Of a DNA stretch of 64,000 nt, positions 47,620 through 59,631 are shown piece after piece. The position numbers and the translations under genes were made by a program. The notes under the pieces are model-generated. The model saw nothing but the letters and a program-made list of their open reading frames with translations, had not been told where the DNA came from and did not search any database. Each line of letters starts with the position of its first letter. Position 1 is the stretch's first letter. Source of the stretch: Chiloscyllium plagiosum. Taxonomy: Eukaryota. The DNA is taken from the NCBI RefSeq assembly GCF_004010195.1, contig NC_057719.1, positions 57,763,023 through 57,827,022 on the forward strand, written 5' to 3'.

Positions 47620-48070
47620 CATTGATACAATGCATTTAATGTAGTAAAGCATCTCAAACTGTTCATTAAGAATTACATCAATAAGAATATTTTGATAGCA
47701 AGTCACTTAAGGAGTAATCACAAAAGATGAACAAAATCATGATCAAAGCAGCAGTTTTTTTCAAAGAACTATTAAGATGAAGAGACAGAGAGGTTTCAGA
47801 AAGGAATTCCTGAGGAGAGGGTCAAGGCAGCTCAAACACAACCATCAATAGTGGAGCAATTAAAATCAGAGAATATAAAGGGGGTCAGATTTGGAGAATT
47901 GCTCAAATATTTATAGGGTTAAAAAAAAGGCCACATGTGAATGCAAAGATGATCATTTTAAAATTGAGGTATTGTTAGACTGGGAGTCAGTGTCAGACAG
48001 CAAGTATGGGGTACTGGCTGATTGAAATTCGAGAGAGTTTAGATACAGGCAACACAGTGTATAATGAGGT
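47620..48070 (-). mobile_element. L2 LINE 3' fragment
   Basis: gcatttaatgtagtaaagcatctcaaa...gagagacagagaggttt...ggaattcc...aaggcagctcaaacacaaccatcaatagtggagc is typical of the reverse-complemented L2 3' end. Confidence 0.55.
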
Positions 48071-48089
48071 AGCATGAAAGGATTCAGAT

Positions 48090-48990
48090 ACATACCGTTT
48101 TCTTTCTTCTCCTCTTCCTTTAGTTGACGGATTGCACTAACGAGCACTACATCCTCAGTGAAGGTAGCATGAATTGTGAGAAAGGATAACAAGTTTGCAC
48201 ACCACAGAACCATCATGATGTGGTGCCTCAGCAATCCTTATAATTTTGGCAGTTTGGTATGTGAGCATTGCTGGCTAGACCTGGATTTATTGTCTATCGC
48301 TAATTGCTCGAGAAGCTTAGGTGAGCTGACTTTTTGAACAGCTGCAGCCCAGTTGTGTAAATGTACCCAGAGTGCTTTGGGGAAGGCTTTTGTCCAGCAC
48401 TTAAACAAATAGATATATAGCTTCAAATCATAATGGCTGAAGGGAAATTTTCAGGTGAAATCTCAACCCTATAGTTAGTACACATTGCTGTCATTGTGCA
48501 TTGGCACTGGATCAAGTGAAAGTTGAATGGTCTGCTAATGAATTGGAATGTTTTTTCCTGATTGGTGTTGCGCTTCTTAAGTTTTTTGGTGTTGCACTCA
48601 TCAAAACAATTGGAAAGTATTCTAGCACACTCCTGACATGTGCCTTGTAGATATTGGACAGGCTTTGGAGGTGCAGGAATCATTACATGCCACAAAATTT
48701 CCAGCTTCTGAATTTCTCGTGTAGCCACTGTATTAATACTGCTGGCCCATGCATATTGCTGATTATGGTTGATTCAGTAATCATAATGTTATTGTTTTTC
48801 GAGGGAAGATGATCAGATTCTCTTTCATTGGAGACATTCACTGCTAGCATTAGTGTAGCACAATTGTTTCTCACCACTTATTAGTCCAATCCAAATATGT
48901 CCAAGTCTTTCTGCAGATATACATGGATTGCTTCAGTATCTGAGGAATTACAAATGGACAACAGTTGCAGGCAGATTGCTGAACTGCTGT
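48090..48990 (-). mobile_element. Decayed fragments of the CR1/L2-group LINE family seen at 36468-41060
   Basis: The minus-strand DTEAIHVYLQKDLD (ORF 48881) matches IIEAVHVQMQQDLHNI at about 40260. Confidence 0.6.
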
Positions 48991-49629
48991 GAAAATCTGT
49001 GGCTCTCAGAGTACTGACATTCATGTGGCTACCTGGAATCAAATTGAGCTTACATGGCAACAAGTGTGAGTCTCAGTACCTCATTTGAGAATTCCATTGC
49101 AGCACTGAGATCTGTCTTTGTCATAATGGAAGCAGAGTCATCAATCACAAGACATTGCACCAATGCTGGATGCACAAGTGTTTTTATGAATGTTCTACTT
49201 CCAAACTTTTGCATACTTTTATATTTATCTAAGAGTTGCACACATTGCAATCGTGCACCTCCTCATCTATCAAGACTGTGTATTTGTTTATAATGGTTCA
49301 AGAGAATTCATGTCTTCTAAATACAATTAACAATGAAGTGGGCAATGACTGAAAAGCTAGGCTCCAAGCTCCAAGTTGGAGCTAGACTATAATGACAGGA
49401 ATTTTGGCGATAAGTTTACAAATACACCTAGCATCTTTACATGCATAGCCAACAAGCAGATCATCTCATGAATATCCCCATGATTGGGACAAATCTCTCG
49501 ATTTTGCTTTTGTTTACCATCCAGGGTTCAACGAATGAGTAATCCTGTTTTAGTCAACTTATTTTATGGACATGAGCTAAGAGATCCTCTGAAACTAGTG
49601 AAATAGCAGTTTTTTTAAAACAGAGGGAC

Positions 49630-49770
49630 AAATCTTCCATAAAACAAAAAAAAACAAAGAACTGTGGATTCTGGAAATCAGAGACAAAAATAGAAATTGC
49701 TGGAAAAACTCAGCAGGTATAGCAGCATCTGTGGAGAGAAATCAGCAATTTTTGTTTTTGTTTCTTGTGA
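49630..49770. mobile_element. Penelope-terminus fragment (family C)
   Basis: gaactgtggattctggaaatcagagacaaaaatagaaattgctggaaaaactcagcagg...cagcatctgtggagagaaa is homologous to 398-480. Confidence 0.7.
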
Positions 49771-50659
49771 CTAATCATCTATGTTAGTTTATGTATCATT
49801 GTTAAATAATCAGCTCAAAAGTGCCTGCAAAATGGCTCACAAGCACCTTAAAACTTCACAAATAACCATAAAAAATTAGGCTAACAGCATGACAACATCA
49901 CAGTCAGGGATAAAGTGTTAGAATCATTGAGTTTACAAGGTTAATGGCTGAAAGTACAATTCATTGGTCCATATCAGGTATTCAAAAACAATTGGAAAGT
50001 AAATTATTTGATTGATATCACATATCACTAGAAAAAGAAATGCAGTGTCACATCAAAGTGTTGAAGAAATATTATTGCCTAGAGGAGTATAAGCAAGCAC
50101 AGGTATGCCAGGCAGCAAGGAAAGTGCAGGCTGAAGATGTAATGAAAATGACGTGGGAGGCAGCCATGACAATTCTGAAATTGAACATTCTACCATCTGG
50201 TTCGCAGACACTGAATTATTAGCAAGATTGGATGTCAAGCTTTCATACTTAGAGGCAAAGTCACGAGGAGACTTAACAATGCTACTAAAGGAATTCAAAG
50301 GAGTAAAATCTGTGTGTACTATCTTAGCCATACACGGTGTGGTGTAGGGGAATATTCTTCGAAAAAGCAACATCCATTCTGTTTAGGTACGGTGAAATGA
50401 TCCAGGTGAAAGCAGAAATGCAATATATTCTGGAAAACCCCCAAAGTAAACCTATTCAGAGCAGGTGGAGGTCTCCAATTAGTTAGGGTGATTCTGGTAA
50501 ACCAGGTTCTGCACGAATTACAGAAAGTCAATACAGTAGGAAAAACAGACTCTGACCCAATTCCTTGCAGGAAGACTGCACGGTTAGTGTCATATTTGTC
50601 ACCAAAACACATCTGTCAAAGAACATACCAGTATGTTCTTTCAACAGCCAGAGCTAAAG

Positions 50660-51651
50660 AAATGTCAAAATTAAATTACAAATTGCTGGAAAATGTCAGC
50701 AAGTCTGGCAGCACCTATGGAGAGAAGGCAGAGTTAATGCTTCAGGTCTAGTGACCCTTCCTCAGAACTGAAAGTAGCTGAGTAAAGGATCGTATAAATG
50801 CTAGGTGGAGGGAAGTGGAAGGAGTAAAAGGTAAGCCTAGGAGAATGAATAGTTGCTAATGGGGGTTGTTAGTGGCTGACAGTGGGTTGGTAGCAGCCCA
50901 TGTGATGACAGGGCCTAGTGTGTGGGGGTTGGGGTAAGGGTATGGGAGAAGGTGCTCAGGCCCAAATATTATTGAAGTCGATATTGAGTCCAGAAGGTTA
51001 CAGAGCTCCCAGGTGAAAAATGAGGTCTTGTTCTTCTAGCTTACATTGAGTTCACTAGAACTCTGTTGCAAAGCTTGAGACAGAGATTTTGGCCAGGAAA
51101 TCAGGCAGGCAACTAGAAGCTCAGGGTCATTTCTGCAGAAGAATGTAGGCATTCAGCAAAGCTGCTCATCTCGTCTGCGCTTCATCTCTCCAGTGTAGAG
51201 GAAACCACATTGTAAGCAGCGAATACAGTACACTAGATTGAGTGAAGTGCAGGTAAATTGCAGTGGCACTTGGAAGGTGTGTCTGGGGTCTTAGATAGTG
51301 AGGATAGAGGCAGCTATTACACCTTCTGAAATTGTATGGGAAGGTGTCCTGGCGCTGTGGCGGGGTGTTGGCAATGGAAGAGTAGTGCACCAGGGTGTCC
51401 CAGAGGGAACAGTCCCCATGGCAAGCTAACAAGGGAGGGAGAGAGAATATGTGTCTGGTGGAAGCATCCTGCTGGAGATGGCAGAAATGGTGTCTGATGA
51501 TCTTTTGGATATGAATGCTGGTGGGATGGTAGGTGAGGAGAAAGGGGATCGCTAAAGTGTTGGGTACTATGGTTCCTGACCAGCAATTTCTGATTTGTTT
51601 CTGATTTCCAGCATTTGCAATTCCTTGCTTTCTTGTTAAAGAAATATCAGA
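50660..51651 (-). mobile_element. Penelope-like element (family C) encoding GIY-YIG endonuclease remnant
   Basis: The minus strand reads IPFLLTYHPTSIHIQKIIRHHFCHLQQD...IFS.PPL then, in another frame, FTCTSLNLVYCIRCLQCGFLYTGEMKRR (GIY-YIG core, about 51170-51260). Terminal repeat at 50675-50770; inverted terminal piece at 51580-51620. Confidence 0.85.
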
Positions 51652-52142
51652 TTTAGTCAAAAAGAATGGCCTTGTCCAATGATGAGTGATGCCACTCAGG
51701 CCAGAAAGTGTCCTAGCAGTTTTCTAGAGACTGATAAACTAAGTAGTAGACAATGTTCCTATTAATCACTTAACTTGATGTCTGTTTGACATTGATACCT
51801 TTAAGGACCACTTGGAACAACTGTTGGCTCTGCTTGTAATATTACAGTCTACTGATTTGGTGCTAAATCTTACAAAAGTATATTTACAAATGCATGGGCA
51901 TTCCAATCTTGGAAATATAGTAGAGGGGGGACAAAAACTGTTAACATAGTAAAAGTAGAAATATTAGCAGAGTTCCCTAGCCTGTAAGACTAAATAGGGA
52001 ATCATAGTGTTTCTGGGTGTGTGCCATTACTACCTGATTTACAAACTTTCAGCACCCAATGTCTGCTATGTCTGATATTTCTTTAACAAAAAAATGAACA
52101 ACTGCAGATGCTGGAAATCAGAAACAAATCAGAAATTGTTGG

Positions 52143-52454
52143 CCAGGGTGGCACAGTGGCTCAGTGGTTAGCACTGCTTTCTCACAGCACCAGGCTCCCA
52201 GGTTTGATTCCAATCATGGGCGACTGTCTGTGTAGAGTTTGCACATTCTCCCCGTGTCCGCATGGGTTTCTTCTGGGTGCTCCGGTTTCCTCCAACAGTC
52301 CAAAGATGTGCAGGTTAGGTGAATTGGCCATGCTAAATTGCCCATAGTATTGGGTGCATTAGTCAGAGGGAAATTGGTCTTCGGAGGGTCGGTATGGACT
52401 TGTTGGGCCTAAACAGTGTTTCCACACTGTCGGGAATCTAATCTAATCTAATCA
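52143..52454 (+). mobile_element. Full-length HE1-like V-SINE
   Basis: tRNA head (tggctcagtggttagcact...ggtttgattcc), V domain (gagtttgcacattctccccgtg...ctccggtttcctcc), (AATCT)n tail; approximate TSD CAGAAATTGTTGG (52130) / CAGAATTGCTGG (52455). Confidence 0.9.
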
Positions 52455-53249
52455 CAGAATTGCTGGAAAAGAAAGTCAAGATGCTAGAGAAGTGCCATGT
52501 ATCTTTTAAGAGAGTGAAAACAATTTTGCCAATGAATCAGTGTTCATTGCCTTAAATTTCACTAAGGCTTTCAAGAAAGCAATTGATGCTGATCATAGGA
52601 ATGTGGGTAGGTCTGCAGAAGCAAGTTGGATACTTTTCTAAAATACAAAGTTAACACCAAAAAAGTAGAAAAAGAAACTCTGGAATTGCTACTGGCTCTT
52701 AAATATTTTGAAGTTGTGTACATCATTGCTACAGGGAGACACTTATACCAATGATGATCAATTTACTTTTGCAGAAATAAAATCAAAATATCAGAATGTC
52801 AGACTTTATTGATAGAGTTTACTAATACAACCATAACATTTAAAAATTGTCCACTGTGTGAGCAAACCTGATGTAATTGCTGATACTTTGAATTGCCTGA
52901 CTACTAAAGATGGTACCTGGCACAACACTATTTAAAGAGTGAATGACTGAATGTGAATGTCACTTTTTTCATATTTTGGTCAATTAAAACTTTGTAATGA
53001 AACACATTTAAAAATAGTGTTTTATTTCTTTATAGATGGTGGTGTTATGAAGTCACTTCATTATTAATAGTTCTTGAGGATTTATGCAAAGATAGAGGTT
53101 CATTTGGATATCTCAACTGACGTTTTTTAAAAGGGGTTCCTGACATTTCTATTAAAGACATTTCTTGAAAGTCATATTGTTTGGCTTAATTGCTTGGACT
53201 TATTCATTGGAAATCAATACCATAACCATCAAGTAAGGGATCAATCCTG

Positions 53250-54130
53250 TTCAATGATGACGAACGAAGAGTACACCTGTAGCTGAAGAGGCAGCGGCAG
53301 GCACACCAAAATTGAGGTGCCAAACTGGTGAAGCTACAAACACAGGAATACATGGATGCTAAACAATGGAAACAGCATTTCAGAACTTACTAGTCGAGTA
53401 ACAACAGGTTAAAGTTTTGCAGTGCTGAAACATCCAGTTGTGACTGATGCTGATGTTAGCGCAAAAGACAAGGCTGGAGTGTTTGCAAACATTATCTGCC
53501 AGAAATGCTAAATGGATGATCCACCACGACATCCCTACCATCACAGACAGAATTCACCAAGTCAATACACTCCCTGCAATATCAAGGAAAAGACCTCGAT
53601 CAAGACTGCAAAAGCTAGAGTTCCTGACAATGTTTTGGCTACCTTGATTTTGATTTCAAACCCATCTTGATCTCTTTTCTTTCTCCACAGATGCTGCCAG
53701 AGCTGCTGAATTTTTCCAGCACTTTGTGTTTTTATTTTAGATCTCCAGCATCCGTAGTATTTTGGTTTTGCATATAAAATCTTGGCTAGGCTCTGAAGAC
53801 TTGGGTTTGAGAACTAGTCGTGTGTCAAGCTATGCTGTTACAGCATTGATGCAATACTGGGTTCTAAACAACAACATGGAAAATTTCCCAGCTATATTCT
53901 GTCCAAAAATGCAGGATAAATTTGACCAATTGTCTTCTCATCAGCCTATAGCCACTCATAAACAAAGAAATAGAAGTTACTGTTGATAATGTTGTCAAGA
54001 AGCAATTACTCACCAAGAACCTGACCAATGATGCTCTGTTTCAGCTTAGGCAAGACAAAATCATTCAGGCCTATATTGCTGAAAACATGAATGAAAGTGT
54101 TATATCCTAGATGTTGGATGAGATTGACTG
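53250..54130 (+). mobile_element. Decayed CR1/L2-group LINE fragment with an embedded Penelope-terminus piece (about 53645-53775, - strand)
   Basis: gcgcaaaagacaaggctggagtgtttgca...ccagaaatgctaaatggatgatcc parallels 39411-39475; ctccacagatgctgccagagctgctgaatttttccagc is a family C terminus. Confidence 0.6.
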
Positions 54131-54925
54131 CCTTCATTGGTCAGTGCATTGAATATAGGAATTGAGATGTCATGTTGTGGTTGCACAGGGCATTGTTGAG
54201 GCCACTTTTGGAGTATTGCTTACAGTTCTGGTTGTCCTGTTATAGGAAGGATGTTATTAAATTGGAAAGGTGCAGAATAGATTTACAAGGATGTTACCAG
54301 GGCTGGATGGTTTTAAGTATCAGGATAGGCTGGATAGGCTGAGACTTTTTTCCTTGGAGTGTAGAAGGTTGAAGTAAACCTTATAGAGGTTTCTAAAGTC
54401 ATGAGAAGCATGGATAACATGAATAGCAAAGATCTTTGCCCTGGGATTGGAAATTCAAAACCAGAAGTCACAGGTTTAAGGTGAGAGGGTAAAGATTAAA
54501 AAGGACTTGAGGGATAACGTTTTCATGCAGGGGATGGTGCATGTATGGAACAAGCTGTCAGAGGAAGTGGTTGGAGGCAAGTACAATTACAAGATTTAAA
54601 AGGCATCTGGATGGGTATAAGAATACGAAGGGTTTAAAGGTATATGGGCCAAATGAGACTAGGTCAGATTGGGAAACCTGATCAGCATGGATGAGTTGGA
54701 CTGAAGGGTCTGTTTCTGTGCTGTATGACTCTATGACTATGAGAGGGGAAAAATTTAAAAAGGGATCTAAGAGGCAACTTTTTCAAACAGAAGGTGATGC
54801 ATATATGGAATAAAATGCCAGAGGAAGTGGTAAAAACAGGTACAGTTACAACATTTAAAAGACATTTGGACTGGTACATGGAAAGGAAATGTTTAGAGAG
54901 ATATAGGCCAAATGCAGGCAAATGG
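54130..54925 (+). mobile_element. CR1/HER1 3' end plus a second short CR1 3' fragment
   Basis: Collinear with 45465-46072, ending gactctatgactat at about 54740; 54740-54925 repeats the last part (IWNKMPEEVV..GT.TTFKRHLD). Confidence 0.85.
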
Positions 54926-55170
54926 AACTCAGTGGTTAGGACTGCTGTCTCACAGCACCAGGGTCCCAGGTTCAATTCCAGCCTCAGGGTGCTCCGGTTT
55001 CCTCCCACAGTCACAAAGATGTGCAGGCCAGGTGAATTGCCATGTTAAATTGCCCATAGTGTTAGGTGCATTAGTCAGAAGGAAATGGATCTTGGTGAGT
55101 TACTCTTTGGAGGGTTGGTGTGGACTTGTTGGGCTGAAGGGGCTGTTTCCACACTGTAGGGAATCTAATA
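54925..55170 (+). mobile_element. HE1-like V-SINE (internally deleted)
   Basis: ctcagtggttaggactgctgtctcacagcacc...ggttcaattcc...gctccggtttcctcccacag...cacactgtagggaatctaat; homologous to 52143-52454. Confidence 0.85.
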
Positions 55171-55696
55171 TAATAAAAAGCAGTGAACATTAATTGGGTA
55201 GCTTTACCAAAGTATAAACACAACGGGACAAATAAAACCTTGCTCTATTTTCTCATTCGATGATCGTACTAAAAAAAAATCACATTCAGTCCATCAACAT
55301 TGGTTAACACCATCTCATTTTACTTCCAATTTACTAATTTAATCTCGCATTAATCTTACAACAACGAGACTACTAACGGGCATTCAAAAGTGACAAACAA
55401 AATAATTTGGAGCCATGAGCCATTTCTTCATACTCCTTTATAAGCTGTCCGACAATATCTTGTAATGATTTTTTTTCCTTAATTGCTCACTGTCCCTCAC
55501 ATAACTTTAAAAATATAATTACTGGCATTGCCTTCCACCAACCTTTCTGCAATTCCAAATTCATTTTACATTAGCTATACCTCCCGCATGACATTGATCT
55601 TTAGGATTGAAAACTGGAAGTCTGCTGAAGAACCTTATCCTTAAATAAGCAAAACAGGAGAAAATTTGGGCTGGAAAGATATGTGATAAAAATGCT

Positions 55697-55715
55697 CTTC
55701 TTCTTCTTCTTCTTC
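55697..55715. repeat. (CTT)n microsatellite
   Basis: cttcttcttcttcttcttc. Confidence 0.9.
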
Positions 55716-56099
55716 AGAAATGTATATTCATTTCCTTATTCTAATATCAACTTTAATATATTTCTATCAAATATGAAGATAACAGCTGGTCACCGAATGC
55801 AGCTTGAAACAGAGTGAGGATTTGGCAATGTGAAAGAATTTAATCTAACAAGGGAGGAGGTGCAGCTATGACCTTGTATAAAAAGCAGGTAGGCTGAGAG
55901 AGGGCCACAGTGACCAACAGTGGGATCTAAGAGCTGAAGCTCAGAGGCATTAATTAGATGATCAACTAAGTGAGTAGTTTGAGAGTTTTCTGATTTCTTT
56001 TGGACTCTCATCCTGATGCCTGGACTTAGTTCGAAAATGTAGCTAGTTGCTTCCGAACTGGGGAAGGCTTCACTGCACATCTCATGCAATTTTCCCAAA

Positions 56100-58600
56100 T
56101 TCCTCAACATAGCCAGGGAATATATTACAGAGAGGAAGATAAATTGCAAGAGGGAAAATAAAGCATCCATGGCTAAGCAAAGAGGTTAAAGATAGCATTA
56201 AGACTAAGGTACACCATACTGCAAAGACCAGTGGTAGGCCGAAAGATTGGGAAACTTGTAAAGATCAACAAAGGGTTACTAAAAGAATAAAGATAAACTA
56301 TAAAAGAAAACTGGTGCAGAAAATCAAAATGATTCGCAATATGTGAGGTCCCTTCCAGTTATGGCTGACCATGGTTTGCATCCTCGTTGTTCTGGCTTTC
56401 TGCTTCCCTGAAGCAACGCCATTTATGACTGAAGAAACCAATGCTGGAGTGACAGTTCCAGTCGCAGAGGTCACATCTGTATGTGGTCATTGATCTGCTC
56501 GAGCTGCTGCACTCCTTCCTTCATGCCCACTTGTCTGCTGCAGCACTCATCAGCTTCTTTCCCCTGTTTTGAGGTGTTGGTTCAGGGTGCTTCTCCATCT
56601 TGTGCGGTCAGCTGCAAGCCTTTCCCAGGACTCTGCAACGATATCAAGCACTTTCATGTACCTCTTGCAGATGTCCTTGTAGCGCAGCTGGGGATACCCA
56701 GTGGGTCTCTTCCCAGATGCAATTTCTCCATAGAGGATATCCTTTCGGATGTGGCCATCTTCCATGTGGTGCACGTGGCCCAGCCAGCGCAGTGTCCGGT
56801 GCCTGAGCAGAGTGTACACACTTGGAAGGCCAGTGCGAAATAGGACCACTGCACTGGACACTCTGTCTTGCCAGGATATGCCCAGGATATGGTTGATACC
56901 CCTCAAGTGCAAGGTGTTTAGTCTTCTCTCTTGTCTGGCATATGTAGTCCATGTTTCACTGCCGTACAGCAGTGTGCTTATGACACAGGCGTTGCAGGCT
57001 AACATTTTTGTCTTCACTGTCAGCTTGGGATTTGTCCAAGCCATTATAGCTTCTATAAGTACAGAAAAGGGAAGAGAGTAGCTAAAGTGAATGTTGGTCT
57101 ATTGGAGTGTGAGACTGGGAAATTAATAGTGGGGAACATAGAAATAGAGGAGAAATTAAATCAATATTTTGCCTCAGATTTCATAGTGGAGGACATGAGT
57201 ACCATCACAATTGCATCAGGCAGAGATTATAGAAAGGGAGGCAATTAGAACAATTATCATCACAACGAAAGAAGTACTGAGTAAACCATTGGAATTAAAA
57301 GTAGACAAGTCCTCAGAGTCTGATGGCCTACATCCTAGATCTTAAAAAAAGTGGCAGTAGAGATAGTGGAACCATTGGTTACAATGTTCTAAAATTCTCT
57401 GGATTAGTGGATTGGAGAAATGTGAATACAATTCAAAAAGGGAGGGAAGAAAATAGTAGAAAACTGTAGACCAGTTAGTTTAACACCTGTCATAGGGAAA
57501 TTGTTAGAATCCATTATTAAGGGTACTAACAGGACATGTGTGAATTTAAAATACAACCATCAGAGTCAGCATGGTTTTATGAAGGGTAGGTCATGTTTGA
57601 CTAATTTGCTTCAGTTCTTTCAAGGCATAGCAAACAATGTGGATGATTTGGATCCCATAGATGTAGCATATCTGGACTTCCAGAAGACATTTGATAAGGT
57701 GCTGCATAAAAGGTCAATACACAATGTAAGATCACATAGTGTCAACAGAAAGCTGGAATAAATAGCTGTTTTTCTGGTTTGCAATATTTAGCTTGTCCTC
57801 AAGCCCCAACTATTGACAATCTAGATTAATGACTTGGATACAGGAATAGAAGGTACTATAGCTAGATTTGCAGATGACCCTAAAATAGGTGGGAAAGGAA
57901 GTTGCAATAAAGAAACAAGAAATTTACAATTGAGTATGGATAGGTTAGGTGAATGGGCCAATTAATTAATAACAGATTGAAGGATTGTGGAGAGTAGGCA
58001 AGAAAGTGGAATTGAGATCAGCCATAATCATACTGAATGGCTTGGCAGGTTCAAGGGCTAAATTGCTTAATCCTGGTCCGAGTTCTATGTTCTTACTTGT
58101 TACTAAGTTCTTACTATGTTATTTTCTTAGAATAATGTTAGACTGCAACACGTCGCAGGCAGATTGTAGGAATTAACAAATTAATGAAATTTACTGCAGA
58201 GAAATGTGAAGTGGTACATTTTGTTAGGAAGACTGAGAATAAGCAATAAATATTAAAGGATCCAATTAAGTAGAGGATGCAAGAGCAGAGGGACTTGGCT
58301 GCATTTGCGCAAAAAATTGTTGAAGGTGGCAGGGCTGTTTGAGCAAGCAGTTAATAAGGCATAATGGATCCTAGATTTTACATTGGAGGCATAGAATATA
58401 AAGCAAGGAGGTTTAAGTGAATCTTTCTAAAACACTGGTCCAGTGTCAACTGGAATATCATGATCAATTGTGTGCGCGCATGTTCAAATGTTGTTTTCAA
58501 AAGGGAATGGGACAAATACCTAGCGAGTAGTGCTTACATAAAGCTGGCATGGACATGACGGGCTGAATGGCCTGTGTCTTTCTGTAATCATTCTGTGGTT
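56100..58600 (+). mobile_element. CR1 LINE ORF2 remnants (host of the RTE insertion) and adjacent CR1 pieces
   Basis: PWL..EVKDSI (about 56170); SFY...KR..K.NVG resumes at about 57047; KVDKS..DGLHPR.LK; QHGFMKGRSCLTNLL..DVAYLDFQKTFDKV; RFADD.KIG (about 57865). Confidence 0.8.
56345..57045 (-). mobile_element. RTE-clade LINE 3' fragment
   Basis: ORF 56550-57044: TKMLACNACVISTLLYGSETWT...ILGISWQDRV...LRWLGHV..MEDG.I.KDILYGE..SGKRP.G.P.LRYKD, the characteristic RTE C-terminal domain. Confidence 0.9.
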
Positions 58601-58732
58601 CATGCCATTGCAAAATAATACTGCAAAATACTTATAAATGTAGAACTTTATATGTCACATGCAATATTGTAAAGTATGATAATAAAATGGAAGTCACTGT
58701 TCTAAAACACAAAAAATTAAAATGACACCAAC

Positions 58733-58840
58733 CTCTGAAAAAGAATTCCGTTGAGCTTGTAAGCTCACTTTGACCACTTCAAAAGGGTTGACAACAACAC
58801 CTTCGGTAAGTCCAGATCCAAGTCCAGCAACTGTAAAAAT
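58733..58840 (-). CDS. slc25a21: Slc25a21 internal coding exon (108 nt; exon 6 by human numbering)
   Basis: Reverse strand ttttcag|ATT...GAG|gttggt encodes IFTVAGLGSGLTEGVVVNPFEVVKVSLQAQRNSFSE. It contains the mitochondrial carrier motif PxE/DxxK and matches human TFAIAGLGSGLTEAIVVNPFEVVKVGLQANRNTFAE. Confidence 0.95.
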
Positions 58841-58909
58841 CTGAAAAGTTGTTAAATAGTACATTGGTTAAAAAAATACAATACAATATTCCTTGAAATT
58901 AAATTTTGG

Positions 58910-59055
58910 TTTTGGCTTAGTGGCAGTACTCTTTTTTTGATTCAGGTGATCATTGACTCAAATCCCACTTCACAATCTTGAATGCAGACACTATTACTGT
59001 ACAGGGACATTACACTGGAAGACTGTGTTGTCTTTTGGATAAGACAAATTAGACT
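58910..59055 (+). mobile_element. tRNA-derived SINE head (SacSINE1-like), degenerate
   Basis: tggcttagtggcagtactct...gactcaaatcccact...gtcttttggataagac. Confidence 0.5.
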
Positions 59056-59631
59056 TCCAGCCACACATGGGAGAATGTGGAACAAAGAAATGCAGAGCCA
59101 GAGTATGAGACTTCTCTCAGCTTCATCCTTATTATGCTTCCCCATACTGTCAATCACTTCTCTCATCCTCCAACTGCTCATCTGTGTCCCAATGGACGTC
59201 CTCTTTCTTAAGCACTTCCCATTGTCTCACAGAATTTGCTATGGTCGTATAACCCAACATTTAAAACCTCTTCATCGATATTGCAGTCACCAAGCATGTG
59301 CCTACTGTTTCCAGATAAATAAGGTCCAAGCTCCAATATGAAGTCAATCTACAAAAGGTAAGGCTTGCCCACCCATTTTGAAGTATGTATTGTTCACGTC
59401 AGTTAATCTGGGCAAACAGTGTGAATCAATTTCATGCTGTTGCATCTATAATAATATTTAGGAAGGTTTTCCCATTAACCAAATATCACACATTTGGGTT
59501 AAGGAATTTGCAGCTGAATTGACCTCTTCCTTACACAGATCCCAAAATCTCAAGTAACACCACAATGCTCCCTCATTCTGCTGTCATGTGACAATCCAGA
59601 TAACTGACTAACTGGCTATATTTCCAAAAGT

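Larger units (their letters stand above)
49400..53250 (+). mobile_element. Gmr1-like Ty3/Gypsy LTR retrotransposon fossil (IN-RT-RH order), multiply interrupted
   Basis: Integrase end (EYPHDWDK; KVQFIGPYQV, GPY at 49966; HIKVLKKYY), then RT (KQHPFCL about 50364; RFCTNYR/KVNTVGKTDSDPIP; VFLGVCHYY about 52007), then RNase H (VGYFSK, VEKETLELLLALKYFEV, DVIADTL ending 52890). A purine tract and TGTTATGA follow at 53043. Confidence 0.8.
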
